Assembly: GCA_038212275.1 (NCBI GenBank)
Contig: JBBQUR010000018.1
Coordinates: forward strand, 1 to 64,000
Length of the DNA stretch: 64,000 nt
Reading direction: 5' to 3'
Origin: Planctomycetota bacterium
Lineage (GTDB): Bacteria > Planctomycetota > B15-G4
Shown here: positions 28,938 through 40,150 of the stretch, piece by piece
Numbering within the stretch: the first letter of the stretch is position 1
Layout of the letters: each line of letters begins with the position of its first letter
Position numbers and translations under genes: made by a program
Notes under the pieces: generated by a model
Databases searched by the model: none
Told to the model about the DNA's origin: nothing
Seen by the model: only the letters and a program-made list of their open reading frames with translations

Positions 28938-29909
28938 TCAGCGGCTGTCGGCCTGATCTCCGACGGACTCGGCCGCTGACTCGGGCGCTGACTCGGGTTG
29001 CACCGGCTCGGCAGGAGCGACTTCACCGGCGGGCTCCGGCACCAGCGGCACGGGCGCTGCGGGCTCGGGTGCCAGGGGCGCAGGGGCCGGCGGAGGGGCA
29101 GGCGGCTGCTTGGCGGCCGGCAGCGGCACGTCGCGCGGCTCGTTGAACGTGGTTTCCTCGATGTCGTCACCCGCCGGATCGAAGCCGACGATGCCTGCAA
29201 GGAAATCCCCGAACTCCAGCGGCCGTACGCCGATGCGCAAGCCCACGATGCCGAGGAAGAGGTCGGCCTCGAAGAGGTCCCAGGCGCGGGGCAAGTCGGG
29301 CCCGTCGCGCGTCGCTTCCCAGAGCGTGGCGACCTCGGGCGTGCCCAGCTTGTTGAGCGGCTCCTCGTCGCCCTGTTCGAGCCGCAGGTCACGCCAGTTG
29401 ATGGCTCGCCTGTACTCAGGCACCACGAAGGCGCCTCCTGACTCGCGCGCCACGGGCGGGCTGCGGCCCCAGCGGCGCAGCACCGGCTCCCAGTGCGCGC
29501 TGGAGTAGCCCTCGCCTCCCGGGCCGTCCTTCATGACCTGCCAGCGGTACATGATCGGGACGCCGTCACCCGTCGGCCGATCGTCGTTGGCGCCATAGGG
29601 GCGCGGCGGCACAGATCCGAGATCGTCCAGCCACAGCGTCCACGGGAAGGCGGTCTGGTATTCGTGCCAGACGCCGTAGAAGGTGCGGTCCTCGTAGCCG
29701 AAGCGGCCGGATACGACGGGAGACAGGCCGAGTCCAAGATTGAAGAGCGGCGTGGCCTTCACCGACGCGCTGAGGCCGTAGCCCCAGGCCAGGCTGACGG
29801 GAAGCACGTCCGCTGCGTCGGCCGCACGCGAACGCCCATACGCCGGCCAGCTGGCGCACCCGGCGCTCAGCAGCATGAGGCCGGCGGCGAGCGCGGCCGG
29901 AAGGCGCAT
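28938..29909 (-). CDS. Hypothetical lipoprotein with Pro/Ala/Glu-rich tail
   Basis: MRLPAALAAGLMLLSAGC lipobox; ATG overlaps the rplQ TGA. Confidence 0.75.
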   Translation of the reverse strand: MRLPAALAAGLMLLSAGCASWPAYGRSRAADAADVLPVSLAWGYGLSASVKATPLFNLGLGLSPVVSGRFGYEDRTFYGVWHEYQTAFPWTLWLDDLGSVPPRPYGANDDRPTGDGVPIMYRWQVMKDGPGGEGYSSAHWEPVLRRWGRSPPVARESGGAFVVPEYRRAINWRDLRLEQGDEEPLNKLGTPEVATLWEATRDGPDLPRAWDLFEADLFLGIVGLRIGVRPLEFGDFLAGIVGFDPAGDDIEETTFNEPRDVPLPAAKQPPAPPPAPAPLAPEPAAPVPLVPEPAGEVAPAEPVQPESAPESAAESVGDQADSR

Positions 29910-30361
29910 CAGTCGGCGTCCGACTCCGACGCCTTGCCCTTGGCCTTGGTCTTGCCGCCCTTGGCCGTCTTGTCGTCGGTCGAAACCGCCCTCGGCTTCG
30001 GAACGTGGTTCACGAGTTCGAGCATCGCACGGCTTCCCTTGTCACCGAGCCGCGGCACCGGCAGCTTCACGATGCGGGTGTAGCCGCCGTTGCGCTCCGC
30101 GAAGGACGGACCGATCTCGTTGAAGAGCCGGTGCACCGCGGCCTTGTCGCCGAGCACGGCGACCGCCTGGCGGATGTGCGCCAGCGTCTTGTGCTTGCCC
30201 AGCGTGATGAGCTTCTCGGCGATGGGCCGGTACTCCTTCGCCTTGGGCTCGGTCGTCACGACGCGACCGTGCGTGAAGAGCGCGGTGACGAGGTTCTTGG
30301 TGAGAGCACGACGATGGGCCGTGGTGCGGCCGAGGCGTCGTCCCTTGATGCGATGGTTCAT
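29909..30361 (-). CDS. rplQ: 50S ribosomal protein L17
   Basis: RRLGRTTAHRRAL and RNGGYTRIVK motifs. Confidence 0.97.
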   Translation of the reverse strand: MNHRIKGRRLGRTTAHRRALTKNLVTALFTHGRVVTTEPKAKEYRPIAEKLITLGKHKTLAHIRQAVAVLGDKAAVHRLFNEIGPSFAERNGGYTRIVKLPVPRLGDKGSRAMLELVNHVPKPRAVSTDDKTAKGGKTKAKGKASESDAD

Positions 30362-30394
30362 GTCGTTCCTCTTCCCGTGCTCGGGACGTCGGGG

Positions 30395-31408
30395 TCAGCC
30401 GTCGGTGCCGGACAGCTCGGGGGACAGGCTCATGCCGAGCGACAGGTTCATGCTGGCAAGCTTCTTCTTGATCTCGGTCAGGGACGTCTTGCCGAAGTTC
30501 CGCACCTTGAGCAGCTCGGCCTCCGTGCGGACCACGAGGTCCCCCACGGTGCGCACGTTCTCGCTGTCCAGGCAGTGGCGACTGCGGACGGAGAGGTCGA
30601 GGTCGTCGATCGGCGTCGCGAGCACGCCCTTGATGCGGCTCACGTCGCTGGCGCTGCCGGAGAGCGCCACGGGCCGCGCCTCGTCGGCGGGCACCGACTT
30701 GTCCATGTCGTAATAGTGCACGAAGGCGTTGAGGTGCTTGCGGTAAATGCGCGAAGCCTCGACCAGCGCGTCCTCGGGCGACACGGTGCCGTCGCTCCAG
30801 ATCTCGAGGATCAGGCGGTCGTAGTTCGTGATCTTGCCGACGCGAGTCTCCTCGATGCGGTAGCGCACGCGGGTGACCGGCGAAAAGTTGCTGTCGATGG
30901 CGATCACGCCGATGACCTTCTCGTCGGACTCGTGATCTTCGGCGGTCACGTAGCCGCGGCCGCGGCCGACAGTGATGGTCATGCTCACGTCGACGTCGTC
31001 GGTCAGCGTGCAGAGCACGTGATCCGGGTTGAGGATGCGCACGCCGCTCGAAGGCTCGATGTCGCCCGACTTGATCTGCCCCTTCTTGCCACGGCGGACG
31101 TGAAGCTCGGCGGAATCCGCCTGCTCGAGTTCGACCAGCACGCTCTTCAGGTTCAGGATGATGTCGGTGACGTCCTCGAGGACGCCCTTCACCGTGCTGA
31201 ACTCGTGCTGCACGCCCTCGATCTTCACCGACGTGACGGCGGTGCCCTCGATGGACGAGAGCAGCACGCGGCGCAGGCCGTTGCCGATCGTGTGACCGAA
31301 ACCCTTCTCGAAGGGCTCGATCGTGAAACGGGCATAGGTCTCCGACAGCGTCTCGTGATCGACCGAGACCGTGGACGGAAGTTCGAAGTTGCGCCAGCGA
31401 ATTCGCAT
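30395..31408 (-). CDS. rpoA: RNA polymerase alpha subunit
   Basis: [29 protein letters not shown] and NFGKTSL motifs. Confidence 0.98.
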   Translation of the reverse strand: MRIRWRNFELPSTVSVDHETLSETYARFTIEPFEKGFGHTIGNGLRRVLLSSIEGTAVTSVKIEGVQHEFSTVKGVLEDVTDIILNLKSVLVELEQADSAELHVRRGKKGQIKSGDIEPSSGVRILNPDHVLCTLTDDVDVSMTITVGRGRGYVTAEDHESDEKVIGVIAIDSNFSPVTRVRYRIEETRVGKITNYDRLILEIWSDGTVSPEDALVEASRIYRKHLNAFVHYYDMDKSVPADEARPVALSGSASDVSRIKGVLATPIDDLDLSVRSRHCLDSENVRTVGDLVVRTEAELLKVRNFGKTSLTEIKKKLASMNLSLGMSLSPELSGTDG

Positions 31409-31487
31409 GTTGTCTCCTGCTCGTGCTGCGCCCCACGGGGGGCGCGCGTGCCTTGCGGCACTGTTGCGTTGTCGTCCGGGGACGGGC

Positions 31488-32117
31488 TTACTTGGACATG
31501 AGCTCGACGATGAGCTGCTCGCGCACGTCGAAGCTGACGTCGGAGCGGGTCGGCGTCGTGGTGACGCGCCCCTCCAGCGCCACGCCGTCGCGCTCGAGCC
31601 AGCCTGCCATCGGGAAGCTGCTGCGCTGCTCGAGGCTCTCCTTGGCCACCTTGCGCACGCCCTCCCGGGTCGTCGTCAGCGACACGCGGTCACCCGCGCG
31701 AAGCAGCGCCGACGGGATCGTGCAGCGGCGACCGTTCACCGACACGTTGCCGTGCGCGATGAGCTGGCGCCCGCCCTTGCGGCTGGACGCGAAGCCCAGC
31801 GAGAAGACCACGTTGTCGAGACGCCGCTCGAGCAGCACCAGCAGGTTCTCGCCGGTGTTGCCCTTCATGCGCGTCGCGGCTTCGTAGTAGTTGCTGAACT
31901 GCCGCTCGGGCACGCCGTAGTAGCGCTTCAGCTTCTGCTTCTCGCGCAGCTGAGACCGATACTCGGAGTGCCGCGCGCGCGCCCAGGGATGGGCGCCCGG
32001 CGGGAAGTTGCGCTTCGTGATCGCGCACTTGCTGGTTTCGCAACGCGTGGCCTTCAGGAAGAGCTTCACGCCTTCCCGGCGGCACAACTTGCAGACGTTT
32101 GTCTTTGGAGCTGTCAT
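31488..32117 (-). CDS. rpsD: 30S ribosomal protein S4 (Cys-containing type)
   Basis: [24 protein letters not shown] and [10 protein letters not shown] motifs. Confidence 0.97.
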   Translation of the reverse strand: MTAPKTNVCKLCRREGVKLFLKATRCETSKCAITKRNFPPGAHPWARARHSEYRSQLREKQKLKRYYGVPERQFSNYYEAATRMKGNTGENLLVLLERRLDNVVFSLGFASSRKGGRQLIAHGNVSVNGRRCTIPSALLRAGDRVSLTTTREGVRKVAKESLEQRSSFPMAGWLERDGVALEGRVTTTPTRSDVSFDVREQLIVELMSK

Positions 32118-32132
32118 GTTTTCCTCGTGCGG

Positions 32133-32510
32133 TCAGACGCGACGCCGCTTGCGCGGGCGGCAGCCGTTGTGCGGAACCGGTGTGCGATCTTCGATGGCCT
32201 TCACCTTGAGACCCGTCTGGGCCAGGGCCCGGACGGCGGACTCGCGCCCGCTGCCAGGACCGCGGACGCGGACTTCCACGTCGCGCACGCCGAGCTTCAT
32301 CGCCTTCTGGGCGGCGCGCTCCGCGGCCTTCTGGGCGGCGAAGGGCGTGCTCTTCCGGCTGCCCTTGTAGCCGCTGCTCCCCGCACTGTCCCACACCAGG
32401 ACTTCCCCGTTGTGCGGGTCCGTGAAGGTGACGATGGTGTTGTTGAACGTCGCCTTGATGTTGACGACGGCGCGCGAAAGAACGCGTCGGATTTTCTTGG
32501 TGGCTGCCAT
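32133..32510 (-). CDS. rpsK: 30S ribosomal protein S11
   Basis: [20 protein letters not shown] and PHNGCRP motifs. Confidence 0.97.
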   Translation of the reverse strand: MAATKKIRRVLSRAVVNIKATFNNTIVTFTDPHNGEVLVWDSAGSSGYKGSRKSTPFAAQKAAERAAQKAMKLGVRDVEVRVRGPGSGRESAVRALAQTGLKVKAIEDRTPVPHNGCRPRKRRRV

Positions 32511-32540
32511 GCTTTGCCTGCTGTTTTCCTGTGTGATCCG

Positions 32541-32924
32541 TTAGCCGAGCTGCTTGACCGACTTCTTGCCGGCCACCGTCTTGCGCGGACCCTTGCGGGT
32601 GCGTGCGTTGCTCTGCGTGTTCTGTCCGCGGACCGGCAGCCCCTTGCGGTGCCGCAGGCCGCGATAGCAGCCGATGTCCTTCAGGCGCTGAACATTCTGC
32701 GCGATCTGACGGCGCAGCGAGCCCTCGACGAGGAAGGTCTTCTCGAGCAGGGCGGCGATGTGCTGCACGTCCTCCTCGGTCAGGTCCTTCGCGCGGAGCG
32801 CCGGCTTGAAGTGAAGCTGCTCGCACACCTTCCTGGCCGTCGTGCTGCCGACGCCGTAGATGTACGTGAGCGCGATCTCGACGCGCTTGTTGTTCGGGAT
32901 GTCGACGCCAACGATGCGGGGCAT
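32541..32924 (-). CDS. rpsM: 30S ribosomal protein S13
   Basis: [10 protein letters not shown] and [15 protein letters not shown] motifs. Confidence 0.97.
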   Translation of the reverse strand: MPRIVGVDIPNNKRVEIALTYIYGVGSTTARKVCEQLHFKPALRAKDLTEEDVQHIAALLEKTFLVEGSLRRQIAQNVQRLKDIGCYRGLRHRKGLPVRGQNTQSNARTRKGPRKTVAGKKSVKQLG

Positions 32925-32938
32925 GTTCCGGGAACTCC

Positions 32939-33055
32939 TCAGCGACCTTGGCGCTGCTTGTGACGCGGATCCGTGCAGACGACGCGCACCACACCGAAGC
33001 GGCGCACGATCTTGCACTTCTCGCAAATCCGTCTGACTGACGCTCTGACCTTCAT
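32939..33055 (-). CDS. rpmJ: 50S ribosomal protein L36 (Zn-binding type; not in the ORF track)
   Basis: Translated by hand: [38 protein letters not shown]. Confidence 0.96.
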   Translation of the reverse strand: MKVRASVRRICEKCKIVRRFGVVRVVCTDPRHKQRQGR

Positions 33056-33077
33056 GTATTCCTTCCGTTCCGACGGC

Positions 33078-33293
33078 TCAGCCGCGGTAGACGATGCGGC
33101 CCTTGCTGAGGTCGTAGGGACTGACCTCGACCGTCACGGTGTCCCCTGGAAGGATGCGGATGTAGTGCATGCGCATCTTGCCCGAGACATGTGCCATGAG
33201 TTGATGACCATTTTCCAGTTTCACGCGAAAGACGGCGTTCGGCAACGCCTCGAGCACCTTTGCCGAAACCCTGAGCTGGGTCGCCCGTGCCAT
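33078..33293 (-). CDS. infA: Translation initiation factor IF-1
   Basis: [20 protein letters not shown] and [13 protein letters not shown] motifs. Confidence 0.97.
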   Translation of the reverse strand: MARATQLRVSAKVLEALPNAVFRVKLENGHQLMAHVSGKMRMHYIRILPGDTVTVEVSPYDLSKGRIVYRG

Positions 33294-33294
33294 C

Positions 33295-33966
33295 TCAGTG
33301 ATGCCTCGCGGCGCCGGCGATGCCAGCCCCGAGGGCATTGACGATGTCCGCCCCTACCTGCTCCACGCTGCGCGTGCCGTCCACCGTGGTGAGCAGCCCG
33401 CGCGACTTGTAGTAGGCCTTGAGCGGTTCCGTCTGCTGATGATAGACACTGAGGCGCTCTGCTACCACACCGGCGGTGTCATCCGGGCGCTGACTCAACT
33501 CGCCGTGGCAGCCGTCGCAGCGTCCGGACTCCCGGCTCGGCACGAACTCCACATGGAAGTTCCGGCCGCAGCCCTTGCAGATCCGGCGTCCCGTGATCCT
33601 ACGGACCAGGTGGTCATCGGGGACATGAACGTCGATCACCTGTTCGAGGGGGTGCCCCGACGTCGCCAGGCGGCGGTCGAGTTCCTCGGCCTGAGCACGA
33701 TTGCGGGGAAATCCGTCGAGAACGAAGCCTCCCATCGCGCCGTGCAGGCGCTCGAAAAGAACACCGAATACCACATCGTCCGGGACGAGCTTGCCGGCCT
33801 CCATCACCGCGGCCGCCGCACGTCCGGCCGGGGTGCCAGCCTTCACGGCGGCCCTCAACAGGTCACCGGTGGACAGGTGCTCCAGACCTTGAGTCTCGGC
33901 AAGCCGCTTGGCCTGCGTTCCCTTGCCGGCACCCGGGGCACCCAGCAGCACGAGGCGACGCTTCAT
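33295..33966 (-). CDS. adk: Adenylate kinase (Zn-type LID)
   Basis: [24 protein letters not shown] and CKGC...CDGC motifs. Confidence 0.97.
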   Translation of the reverse strand: MKRRLVLLGAPGAGKGTQAKRLAETQGLEHLSTGDLLRAAVKAGTPAGRAAAAVMEAGKLVPDDVVFGVLFERLHGAMGGFVLDGFPRNRAQAEELDRRLATSGHPLEQVIDVHVPDDHLVRRITGRRICKGCGRNFHVEFVPSRESGRCDGCHGELSQRPDDTAGVVAERLSVYHQQTEPLKAYYKSRGLLTTVDGTRSVEQVGADIVNALGAGIAGAARHH

Positions 33967-35312
33967 GCCGCGCCCCTTCCCCCGCCGCGTCGCGCCCAGC
34001 CGGCGCCCGCATCACCAAGGCCCTCGTAGCGGCGCATCACGAGCATCGAGTTGACCTTGTCGACGAGATCGAGAATCACGCCGACGACGATCAGGATGCT
34101 GGTGCCGCCGAGGAACATGGCCAGGCCAGGCGGCATGTTGGGGACGTAGCTCGACAGCACCTGCGGCAGGACTGCGATGACCACGAGGAAAGTCGCGCCC
34201 GCGAGGGTGACCTTGAACATCACCGACTCGAGGAACTCCGCGGTGCGTGCGCCCGGGCGCAGGCCCGGCACGAAGCCGCCGTATTCCTTGAGGTTGTCCG
34301 CGATCTCCTTCGGCTGGAACATCAGCGATGTCCAGAAGAACGAGAAGACGAAGACGAGTGCGGAATAGAAGAGCACGTACCAGAAGCCGCCCCAGGAGAA
34401 GGCGTTCTGGAAGTAGTGTTCGCCCAGCAGCCCGCCGAAGACCTTGTCGAGCACCGTGGGCACGATGAACAGGAACGACGCGAAGATGATGGGCATCACG
34501 CCGGCCTGATTCACCTTGAGCGGCAGGTAATGCCGCTGGCCGCCGTAAACCCGGCGGCCGCGCATCTGCTTGCCCTGCTGGATCGGGATGCGACGCTGGC
34601 CCTTGGTGACGTAGACGATGCCGATCACGATCAGCACGTAAAGCACCAGCAACCAGACGACCGACTGGATCCACGTCCCAGGTTCGGTCGAGTTCTGCAG
34701 CTGGGCCAGCATGGTGGGCATGCGCGCCACGATGCCTGCCATGATGATCAGCGAGATGCCGTTGCCGACGCCGTATTCCGTGATCTGCTCGCCGATCCAC
34801 ATCACGATGAGCGTGCCGGTGGTCACCGTGAGCACCACGCCGATCTGGTAATACCAGGCGTCGTACAACGAGACGTCGATCACGCCGGCCGTCGCCGCAT
34901 CACGCAGCGGGCCGAAGACCAGGAAGAGCGCCTGAATGATGCAGATCGGCACCGTCGCGTAACGCGTGTATCGATTGATGATCTTCTGGCCCGCCTGCCC
35001 TTCCTTGGACAGGGCCTCGAGCTGCGGAACGACCTTCACGAGCAGCGAGAAGATGATCGACGCACTGATGTAGGGCATCACGCCCAGCGTGAACAGGGTG
35101 CACGATCCGATCGCGCCGCCGGACAGTGCATTCATGATGCCGAACGCGAATCCGCCCGTGACCTGGCTCTGGTAACGCTCGAGCACCGCATAGTTCACGC
35201 CCGGCAGCGGCACGTGGAAGCCGATGCGGTACGCGAGCAGGAACGCGAGCGTCACGAAGATCTTCTTTCTGATCTCCGGAACACGGAAGAGGTTGGTGAA
35301 CCCCGAACTCAT
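33963..35312 (-). CDS. secY: Preprotein translocase SecY
   Basis: LGVMPYISASI, GNGISLII, KVNQAGVMPIIFA and GGTSILIVVGV motifs. Confidence 0.98.
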   Translation of the reverse strand: MSSGFTNLFRVPEIRKKIFVTLAFLLAYRIGFHVPLPGVNYAVLERYQSQVTGGFAFGIMNALSGGAIGSCTLFTLGVMPYISASIIFSLLVKVVPQLEALSKEGQAGQKIINRYTRYATVPICIIQALFLVFGPLRDAATAGVIDVSLYDAWYYQIGVVLTVTTGTLIVMWIGEQITEYGVGNGISLIIMAGIVARMPTMLAQLQNSTEPGTWIQSVVWLLVLYVLIVIGIVYVTKGQRRIPIQQGKQMRGRRVYGGQRHYLPLKVNQAGVMPIIFASFLFIVPTVLDKVFGGLLGEHYFQNAFSWGGFWYVLFYSALVFVFSFFWTSLMFQPKEIADNLKEYGGFVPGLRPGARTAEFLESVMFKVTLAGATFLVVIAVLPQVLSSYVPNMPPGLAMFLGGTSILIVVGVILDLVDKVNSMLVMRRYEGLGDAGAGWARRGGGRGAA

Positions 35313-35758
35313 GCGCTCGTCTCGACGCTCCCGCCGGCGGCTTCGATCTTGGTGCGCGCCGTGGCAGACACGCGATCGGCCTTGACCTGCAGCGCGACGC
35401 CGATGTCGCCCTTGCCGAGGATCTTCAGCAGGGTCGCGTTCTTCTTCACGAGGTGCGCGTCCTTGATGCGTGCGAGGTCGATGCCGCCGCCCTGCGGGAA
35501 AGCGGCTGCGAGGTCCTTCACGTTCACGATCGAGTAGGTGACCTTGAACACGGCGTTCGTGAAGCCGCGCTTGGGCGTGCGGCGATAGATGGGCATCTGG
35601 CCGCCCTCGTGTCCGAGGCCGCCACCCACGCCTGAGCGACTGCCCTGGCCGTTCATGCCGCGTCCGGAGGTCTTGCCGCGGCCGCTGCCGATGCCGCGTC
35701 CGACGCGGCGCGGCTTGCGCAGTGCGGATCCGGCTGAGTTGACGTCGTTCAGATTCAT
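35309..35758 (-). CDS. rplO: 50S ribosomal protein L15
   Basis: [17 protein letters not shown] and EGGQMP motifs. Confidence 0.97.
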   Translation of the reverse strand: MNLNDVNSAGSALRKPRRVGRGIGSGRGKTSGRGMNGQGSRSGVGGGLGHEGGQMPIYRRTPKRGFTNAVFKVTYSIVNVKDLAAAFPQGGGIDLARIKDAHLVKKNATLLKILGKGDIGVALQVKADRVSATARTKIEAAGGSVETSA

Positions 35759-36258
35759 GCGAGCGGCACTCCGCGAAGTTCTTCCGTGAGCTTCCGGCTG
35801 CGCACGCTTTGCAGACCGCTGAGGGTCGCCTTGACGAGGTTCACCGGATTGCTGCTGCCCTGGCTCTTGGTGAGGATGTCGCGAACGCCTGCCAGTTCGA
35901 GCACCGAGCGGACGGTGGCGCCGGCAATGATGCCGGTGCCAGGCGCGGCCGGGAGGATGCGGACCTGCGCCGCACCGAACCGCCCCGTGACGGCGTGCTC
36001 GATCGTGCCGCGCTTCAGCGTGACGTTGACGAGGTTCTTGTGGGCGTCCTTGACGGCCTTGTCCACGGCGGACGGGACTTCCTTCGCCTTGCCGAAGCCG
36101 ATGCCGACCTTGCCATGGCGGTCGCCCACCACGACGAGCGCGGAGAACGAGAAGCGCCGGCCGCCCTTGACGACCTTGGCGCAGCGGTTGACCTTGACCA
36201 CGGCCTCCTCGAGGAGTCCGCCGGCCTGGCCCATGTTGTCATTGTCGTTTTCGGCCAT
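35755..36258 (-). CDS. rpsE: 30S ribosomal protein S5
   Basis: [19 protein letters not shown] and PGTGIIAG motifs. Confidence 0.97.
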   Translation of the reverse strand: MAENDNDNMGQAGGLLEEAVVKVNRCAKVVKGGRRFSFSALVVVGDRHGKVGIGFGKAKEVPSAVDKAVKDAHKNLVNVTLKRGTIEHAVTGRFGAAQVRILPAAPGTGIIAGATVRSVLELAGVRDILTKSQGSSNPVNLVKATLSGLQSVRSRKLTEELRGVPLA

Positions 36259-36264
36259 GTTTCC

Positions 36265-36633
36265 TCAGAAGTCCAGCCCGCCGGAGCGGGCGCCATCGGC
36301 AAGGGCCTTGATGCGGCCGTGATAGGGATACCAGCCGCGATCGAAGACCGCGGCCTTCACGCCCTTTTCGAGCAGGCGGCGCGCGATGTCCTCGCCCACG
36401 GCCTTTGCGGCCTGGACCTTGGTGCCCTCGAGCTTTTCGCTCAGCGTCGGGTCCAGCGTGGAGGAGGCGGCGAGCGTGATCCCGTGCAGGTCGTCGATGG
36501 CCTGCACGTAGATCTGCTTGCTCGAACGGTGCACCGTGAGGCGCGGACGCTCGGCGGTACCGCGCACGCGGCGGCGAACGGAGCCAGCCTTGCGGGCGCG
36601 ACGGAGAGTGCGAAGTCGGACAGCGCGTTCCAT
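36265..36633 (-). CDS. rplR: 50S ribosomal protein L18
   Basis: RPRLTVHRS and [17 protein letters not shown] motifs. Confidence 0.96.
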   Translation of the reverse strand: MERAVRLRTLRRARKAGSVRRRVRGTAERPRLTVHRSSKQIYVQAIDDLHGITLAASSTLDPTLSEKLEGTKVQAAKAVGEDIARRLLEKGVKAAVFDRGWYPYHGRIKALADGARSGGLDF

Positions 36634-36635
36634 GA

Positions 36636-37181
36636 TCAGGCTCCGAGGCTCTTGCCGACCTTGCGACGGACGAATTCGCCGTCGTAACGGATACCCTTGC
36701 CCTTGTAGGGCTCGGGCTTGCGCGTCTCGCGGATCTCGGCGGCGAACTGCCCGACGAGCTGCTTGCTGGCGCCCTTGATGATGAGGAAGGTCGGCTGCGA
36801 GGCTTCCACCGACAGGCCGACCGGAATCGGCAGCTTGACGGGCTTGTTGAAGCCGACGTTCAGGACGAGCGTCTTGCCCTCGACCTTCGCGTTGTAGCCA
36901 ACGCCCTGGATCTCAAGCTTCTTCACGAAGCCCTTCTCGACGCCCTCGACCATGCCCGCAGCGAGCGAGCGGAACAGTCCGTGCAAGGCGCGCTCGCGGC
37001 GGCCCTCCGTCACGCGCTCGAAACGCATGACGCGGCCCTTCTCCTCGACCAGCACGCGAATGCACGGATCGATGACCTGCGTCAGCGAGGCCTTGCTCGT
37101 CTCGACCTTCAGCGTATGGCCAGAGACGGACACCTTCGTGCCGTCAGCCCACATCACCGGTTGTTTGCCTACTCTGGACAT
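36636..37181 (-). CDS. rplF: 50S ribosomal protein L6
   Basis: MSRVGKQP and [11 protein letters not shown] motifs. Confidence 0.97.
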   Translation of the reverse strand: MSRVGKQPVMWADGTKVSVSGHTLKVETSKASLTQVIDPCIRVLVEEKGRVMRFERVTEGRRERALHGLFRSLAAGMVEGVEKGFVKKLEIQGVGYNAKVEGKTLVLNVGFNKPVKLPIPVGLSVEASQPTFLIIKGASKQLVGQFAAEIRETRKPEPYKGKGIRYDGEFVRRKVGKSLGA

Positions 37182-37208
37182 GTCGTTCCTGCTTCCCTCG
37201 TGAGCCGC

Positions 37209-37607
37209 TTACCAGATGGTCGCGAGACGCTCGCCACCCACGTTGCGGGCGCGGCATTCGCGGTCCGAAAGGACACCGGCCGGAGTGGTGTAGATGGAGA
37301 TGCCGATGCCGTTCAGCACGCGCCGGGCCTCCTGTGCGCCCGTGTACAGGCGTCGGCCCGGCTTGCTGTCACGCCGGATCTCGTTGATGAGCATCTCGCC
37401 GTCCGGCCCGTACTTCAGATTCAGCGTGAGCCGGCCCTGCTGGCCGTCGGCCTCGACGCGGAAATCGTTGATGTAGCCCTCGCGCTTGAGGACCTCGGCG
37501 ATGCCGCGCTTGATGCGCGAGGCAGGCATGGAGACCTCGGCGCGACGCACGCGCAGCGCGTTGCGCACGCGAGTCAGCATGTCGGCGATGGGATCGGTCA
37601 TGGTCAT
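37209..37607 (-). CDS. rpsH: 30S ribosomal protein S8
   Basis: DPIADMLTRVRN and SKPGRRLY motifs. Confidence 0.97.
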   Translation of the reverse strand: MTMTDPIADMLTRVRNALRVRRAEVSMPASRIKRGIAEVLKREGYINDFRVEADGQQGRLTLNLKYGPDGEMLINEIRRDSKPGRRLYTGAQEARRVLNGIGISIYTTPAGVLSDRECRARNVGGERLATIW

Positions 37608-37641
37608 GATTGCATCGTCCTCGTGTTCGGCTCGGCCCTGA

Positions 37642-37827
37642 TCACCAGCTCGCCTTGCGCACGCCCGGGATCTCGCCGGCGAGCGCCAGCGTCCTGAAGC
37701 AGATGCGGCAGATGCCGAACTTGCGATAGAAACCGTGCGAGCGGCCGCAGAGCGAGCAGCGCGAATGGCCGCGCGTGCTGAACTTCGGCTTCATCTTGGT
37801 CTTGGCGATCCAGCTGGCTTTACCCAC
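37642..37827 (-). CDS. rpsN: 30S ribosomal protein S14, short Zn-binding type Z
   Basis: 61 aa; RCSLCGR...CRICFR and PGVRKASW. Confidence 0.96.
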   Translation of the reverse strand: MGKASWIAKTKMKPKFSTRGHSRCSLCGRSHGFYRKFGICRICFRTLALAGEIPGVRKASW

Positions 37828-37875
37828 GGCTGTTCAGTCCTTGTGCGGTTGCGTTCGGGGAAATCGAGGCGGGCA

Positions 37876-38499
37876 TCAGCCGCGCCGCGGATCGTTCTTG
37901 TCCGCGTCGACCTTGCGGAACGGCATGCCGAGGCGCTCGAGCAAGTCGAGGGCCGCTTCGTCGGTCCCGGCATTGGTCACGATGGTGATGTTCATGCCCT
38001 GGAAGTGCTTGATCTTGTCCAGGTCGATCTCGGGGAAGACCGTCTGATCCGGGAGGCCCATGCTGAAGTTGCCGCGACCGTCGAAACCGCCGCGCTTGAG
38101 GCCGCGGAAGTCCTTGATGCGCGGGATCACGATGGCCACGAGGCGGTCGAGGAATTCCCACATGCGGGCGCCGCGCAGGGTGACCATGCACCCGATGGGC
38201 ATGTCCTCGCGGATCTTGAAGTTGGAGATGGCCTTCTTCGCCTTGCGGATCGAGGCTTTCTGGCCCGTGATCATCGTGAGATCGCCGGCAGCCGCATCGA
38301 TGAGCGCCTTGTTCTCGCGGGCAGCTCCGACACCCATGTTGATGACGATCTTGCGGATGCGCGGCGCGGCGTTCACGTTGTCGATGCCGCGGGCCTGCAT
38401 GATCTCCCGGGAGATCGTGCTGCCGTAGGTCTCCATGAGACGCGGCTTGCCGACCGGTGCGGCGGCTTCTGCGGACGTGCTGGCTTGCTTGGGACTCAT
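37876..38499 (-). CDS. rplE: 50S ribosomal protein L5
   Basis: KIVINMGVG, PRIKDFRGL and FDGRGN motifs. Confidence 0.97.
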   Translation of the reverse strand: MSPKQASTSAEAAAPVGKPRLMETYGSTISREIMQARGIDNVNAAPRIRKIVINMGVGAARENKALIDAAAGDLTMITGQKASIRKAKKAISNFKIREDMPIGCMVTLRGARMWEFLDRLVAIVIPRIKDFRGLKRGGFDGRGNFSMGLPDQTVFPEIDLDKIKHFQGMNITIVTNAGTDEAALDLLERLGMPFRKVDADKNDPRRG

Positions 38500-38507
38500 G
38501 CTCTCTT

Positions 38508-38822
38508 TCAGGCCTCCACCGGCTTGCCAGTCGGACGCATGACACGCACGGTCTTGCCGTTGGCGACGGTGGCGCCGAGGCGCACACCCTTGCCGCTTGC
38601 CGCGTCCAGGAAGGCGATGTTGGAGATGTTCAGCGGGTACTCGCGCTGGATGCGTCCGCCCTGCGGGTGCTCCTGGCTCTTGCGGACGTGCTTCCACTTC
38701 ATGTTCACGCCTTCGACCACGGCCATGCCGTGCTTCCGGTCGAGCTTGAGGAGACGCCCGGTCTTCCCGCGGTCGCTGCCCGTGAGCACGATGACCATGT
38801 CCTTCTGCTTCAAGCGGCTCAT
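38508..38822 (-). CDS. rplX: 50S ribosomal protein L24
   Basis: KOW-like GSDRGKTG and VVEGVN motifs. Confidence 0.95.
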   Translation of the reverse strand: MSRLKQKDMVIVLTGSDRGKTGRLLKLDRKHGMAVVEGVNMKWKHVRKSQEHPQGGRIQREYPLNISNIAFLDAASGKGVRLGATVANGKTVRVMRPTGKPVEA

Positions 38823-39190
38823 CACACCACCTCGCTGGCCAGGCTGATGATCTTCATGAAGTTCTTGTTGCGCAGCTCGCGGGCCACTGCGCCAAAGATT
38901 CGCGTGCCGACCGGGTTGCCTTCCTTGTCGATGATGACCAGCGCGTTGCGATCGAAGCGCACGCGGCTGCCGTCACGACGCCGGATGTCCTTGCGGGTGC
39001 GCACGATGACCGCGCGCACGACCGAGCCCTTCTTCACCGTGGCGGTCGGGATGGACTTCTTGACCGAGCCGATCACCACGTCGCCCACGGAGGCGTAGCG
39101 GCGCTTGGTGCCGCCCAGCACCTTGAAACACATCACGGTCTTGGCGCCCGTGTTGTCGGCCACGTCGAGAATGGTCTGTTGCTGGATCAA
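38822..39190 (-). CDS. rplN: 50S ribosomal protein L14
   Basis: VADNTGAK and [13 protein letters not shown] motifs; TTG start. Confidence 0.97.
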   Translation of the reverse strand: MIQQQTILDVADNTGAKTVMCFKVLGGTKRRYASVGDVVIGSVKKSIPTATVKKGSVVRAVIVRTRKDIRRRDGSRVRFDRNALVIIDKEGNPVGTRIFGAVARELRNKNFMKIISLASEVV

Positions 39191-39516
39191 GCGTCACCTC
39201 GTGCTTCCGATGCATGCGCGGCCGTACCTGCCGACTTCACGGCGACGGTGACGATGCGCTCGAGACGCCAGCGCTTGGTCTTGGACAACGGGCGGCCGAA
39301 GACCACCTCCACGCTGTCCCCCACCCGGGCCTCGTTCTTCTCGTCGTGCGCCACGAGCGTGGTGTGGCGCTTGACGTACTTCTTGTAGACGGGATGCAGG
39401 ACCTTGCGATCGACGCGGACCACGATGGACTTGTCCATCTTGTCGCTCTTGACCGTGCCGATGCGGCGCACCGCCTTGCGTGACTTCTCGGATGACATGC
39501 TGGCCTCGTTGGTCAT
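39187..39516 (-). CDS. rpsQ: 30S ribosomal protein S17
   Basis: [16 protein letters not shown] and RPLSKTKRW motifs. Confidence 0.96.
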   Translation of the reverse strand: MTNEASMSSEKSRKAVRRIGTVKSDKMDKSIVVRVDRKVLHPVYKKYVKRHTTLVAHDEKNEARVGDSVEVVFGRPLSKTKRWRLERIVTVAVKSAGTAAHASEARGDA

Positions 39517-39740
39517 GACCGCGACTTGGCTCCGCGAATGGCAAGCTCGCGTTCCCGCAGCAACGTGCGGATGCGCGCGACCTCGCGCCTGATGGCACGG
39601 ATGCGGCTCGGCTGGGCGAGCCCCTCCGAACTGGACTTGAAACGGAGGTCGAACAGCTCGCGCTCGAGCGTGGCGATGTCGAAGCGAAGCTCGGTGTCTT
39701 CCTTCTCGCGCAGTTCTTTCAGATTGCCGACCTTCTTCAT
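39513..39740 (-). CDS. rpmC: 50S ribosomal protein L29
   Basis: ELFDLRF and [10 protein letters not shown] motifs; operon position. Confidence 0.95.
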   Translation of the reverse strand: MKKVGNLKELREKEDTELRFDIATLERELFDLRFKSSSEGLAQPSRIRAIRREVARIRTLLRERELAIRGAKSRS

Positions 39741-40150
39741 CGTGTCCTCCGGCGCAGCATGCGGACCCGCAGCGGCAGCTTGTGCGCCACGCGGTTGAGC
39801 GCAAGCTTGGCGACCTCGGCAGTGACGCCGCTCACCTCGAACAGGACGGTGCCCGGCTTGATCACCGCGACGTGGTATTCGGGCTCGCCCTTGCCCTTGC
39901 CCATGCGGGTCTCGGCGGGGATCGACGTGACCGGCTTGTGCGGGAACACGCGGCACGTGATACGGGCGCCGACCGCGGCGCGCGTGGCAGCCACGCGGCA
40001 GGCCTCGAGCACGCGCGCGGAAAGCCAGCCGGCCTCCATCGACTGCAGCCCGAACTCGCCGAACTCGACCGTGTGGCCGCGGGTCGCGAACCCGCGGATC
40101 GAGCCCTTGTGCACCTTGCGGTGCTTCTCGCGCTTTGGCATCGCCTTCAT
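39737..40150 (-). CDS. rplP: 50S ribosomal protein L16
   Basis: [14 protein letters not shown] and ETRMGKGKG motifs. Confidence 0.96.
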   Translation of the reverse strand: MKAMPKREKHRKVHKGSIRGFATRGHTVEFGEFGLQSMEAGWLSARVLEACRVAATRAAVGARITCRVFPHKPVTSIPAETRMGKGKGEPEYHVAVIKPGTVLFEVSGVTAEVAKLALNRVAHKLPLRVRMLRRRTR

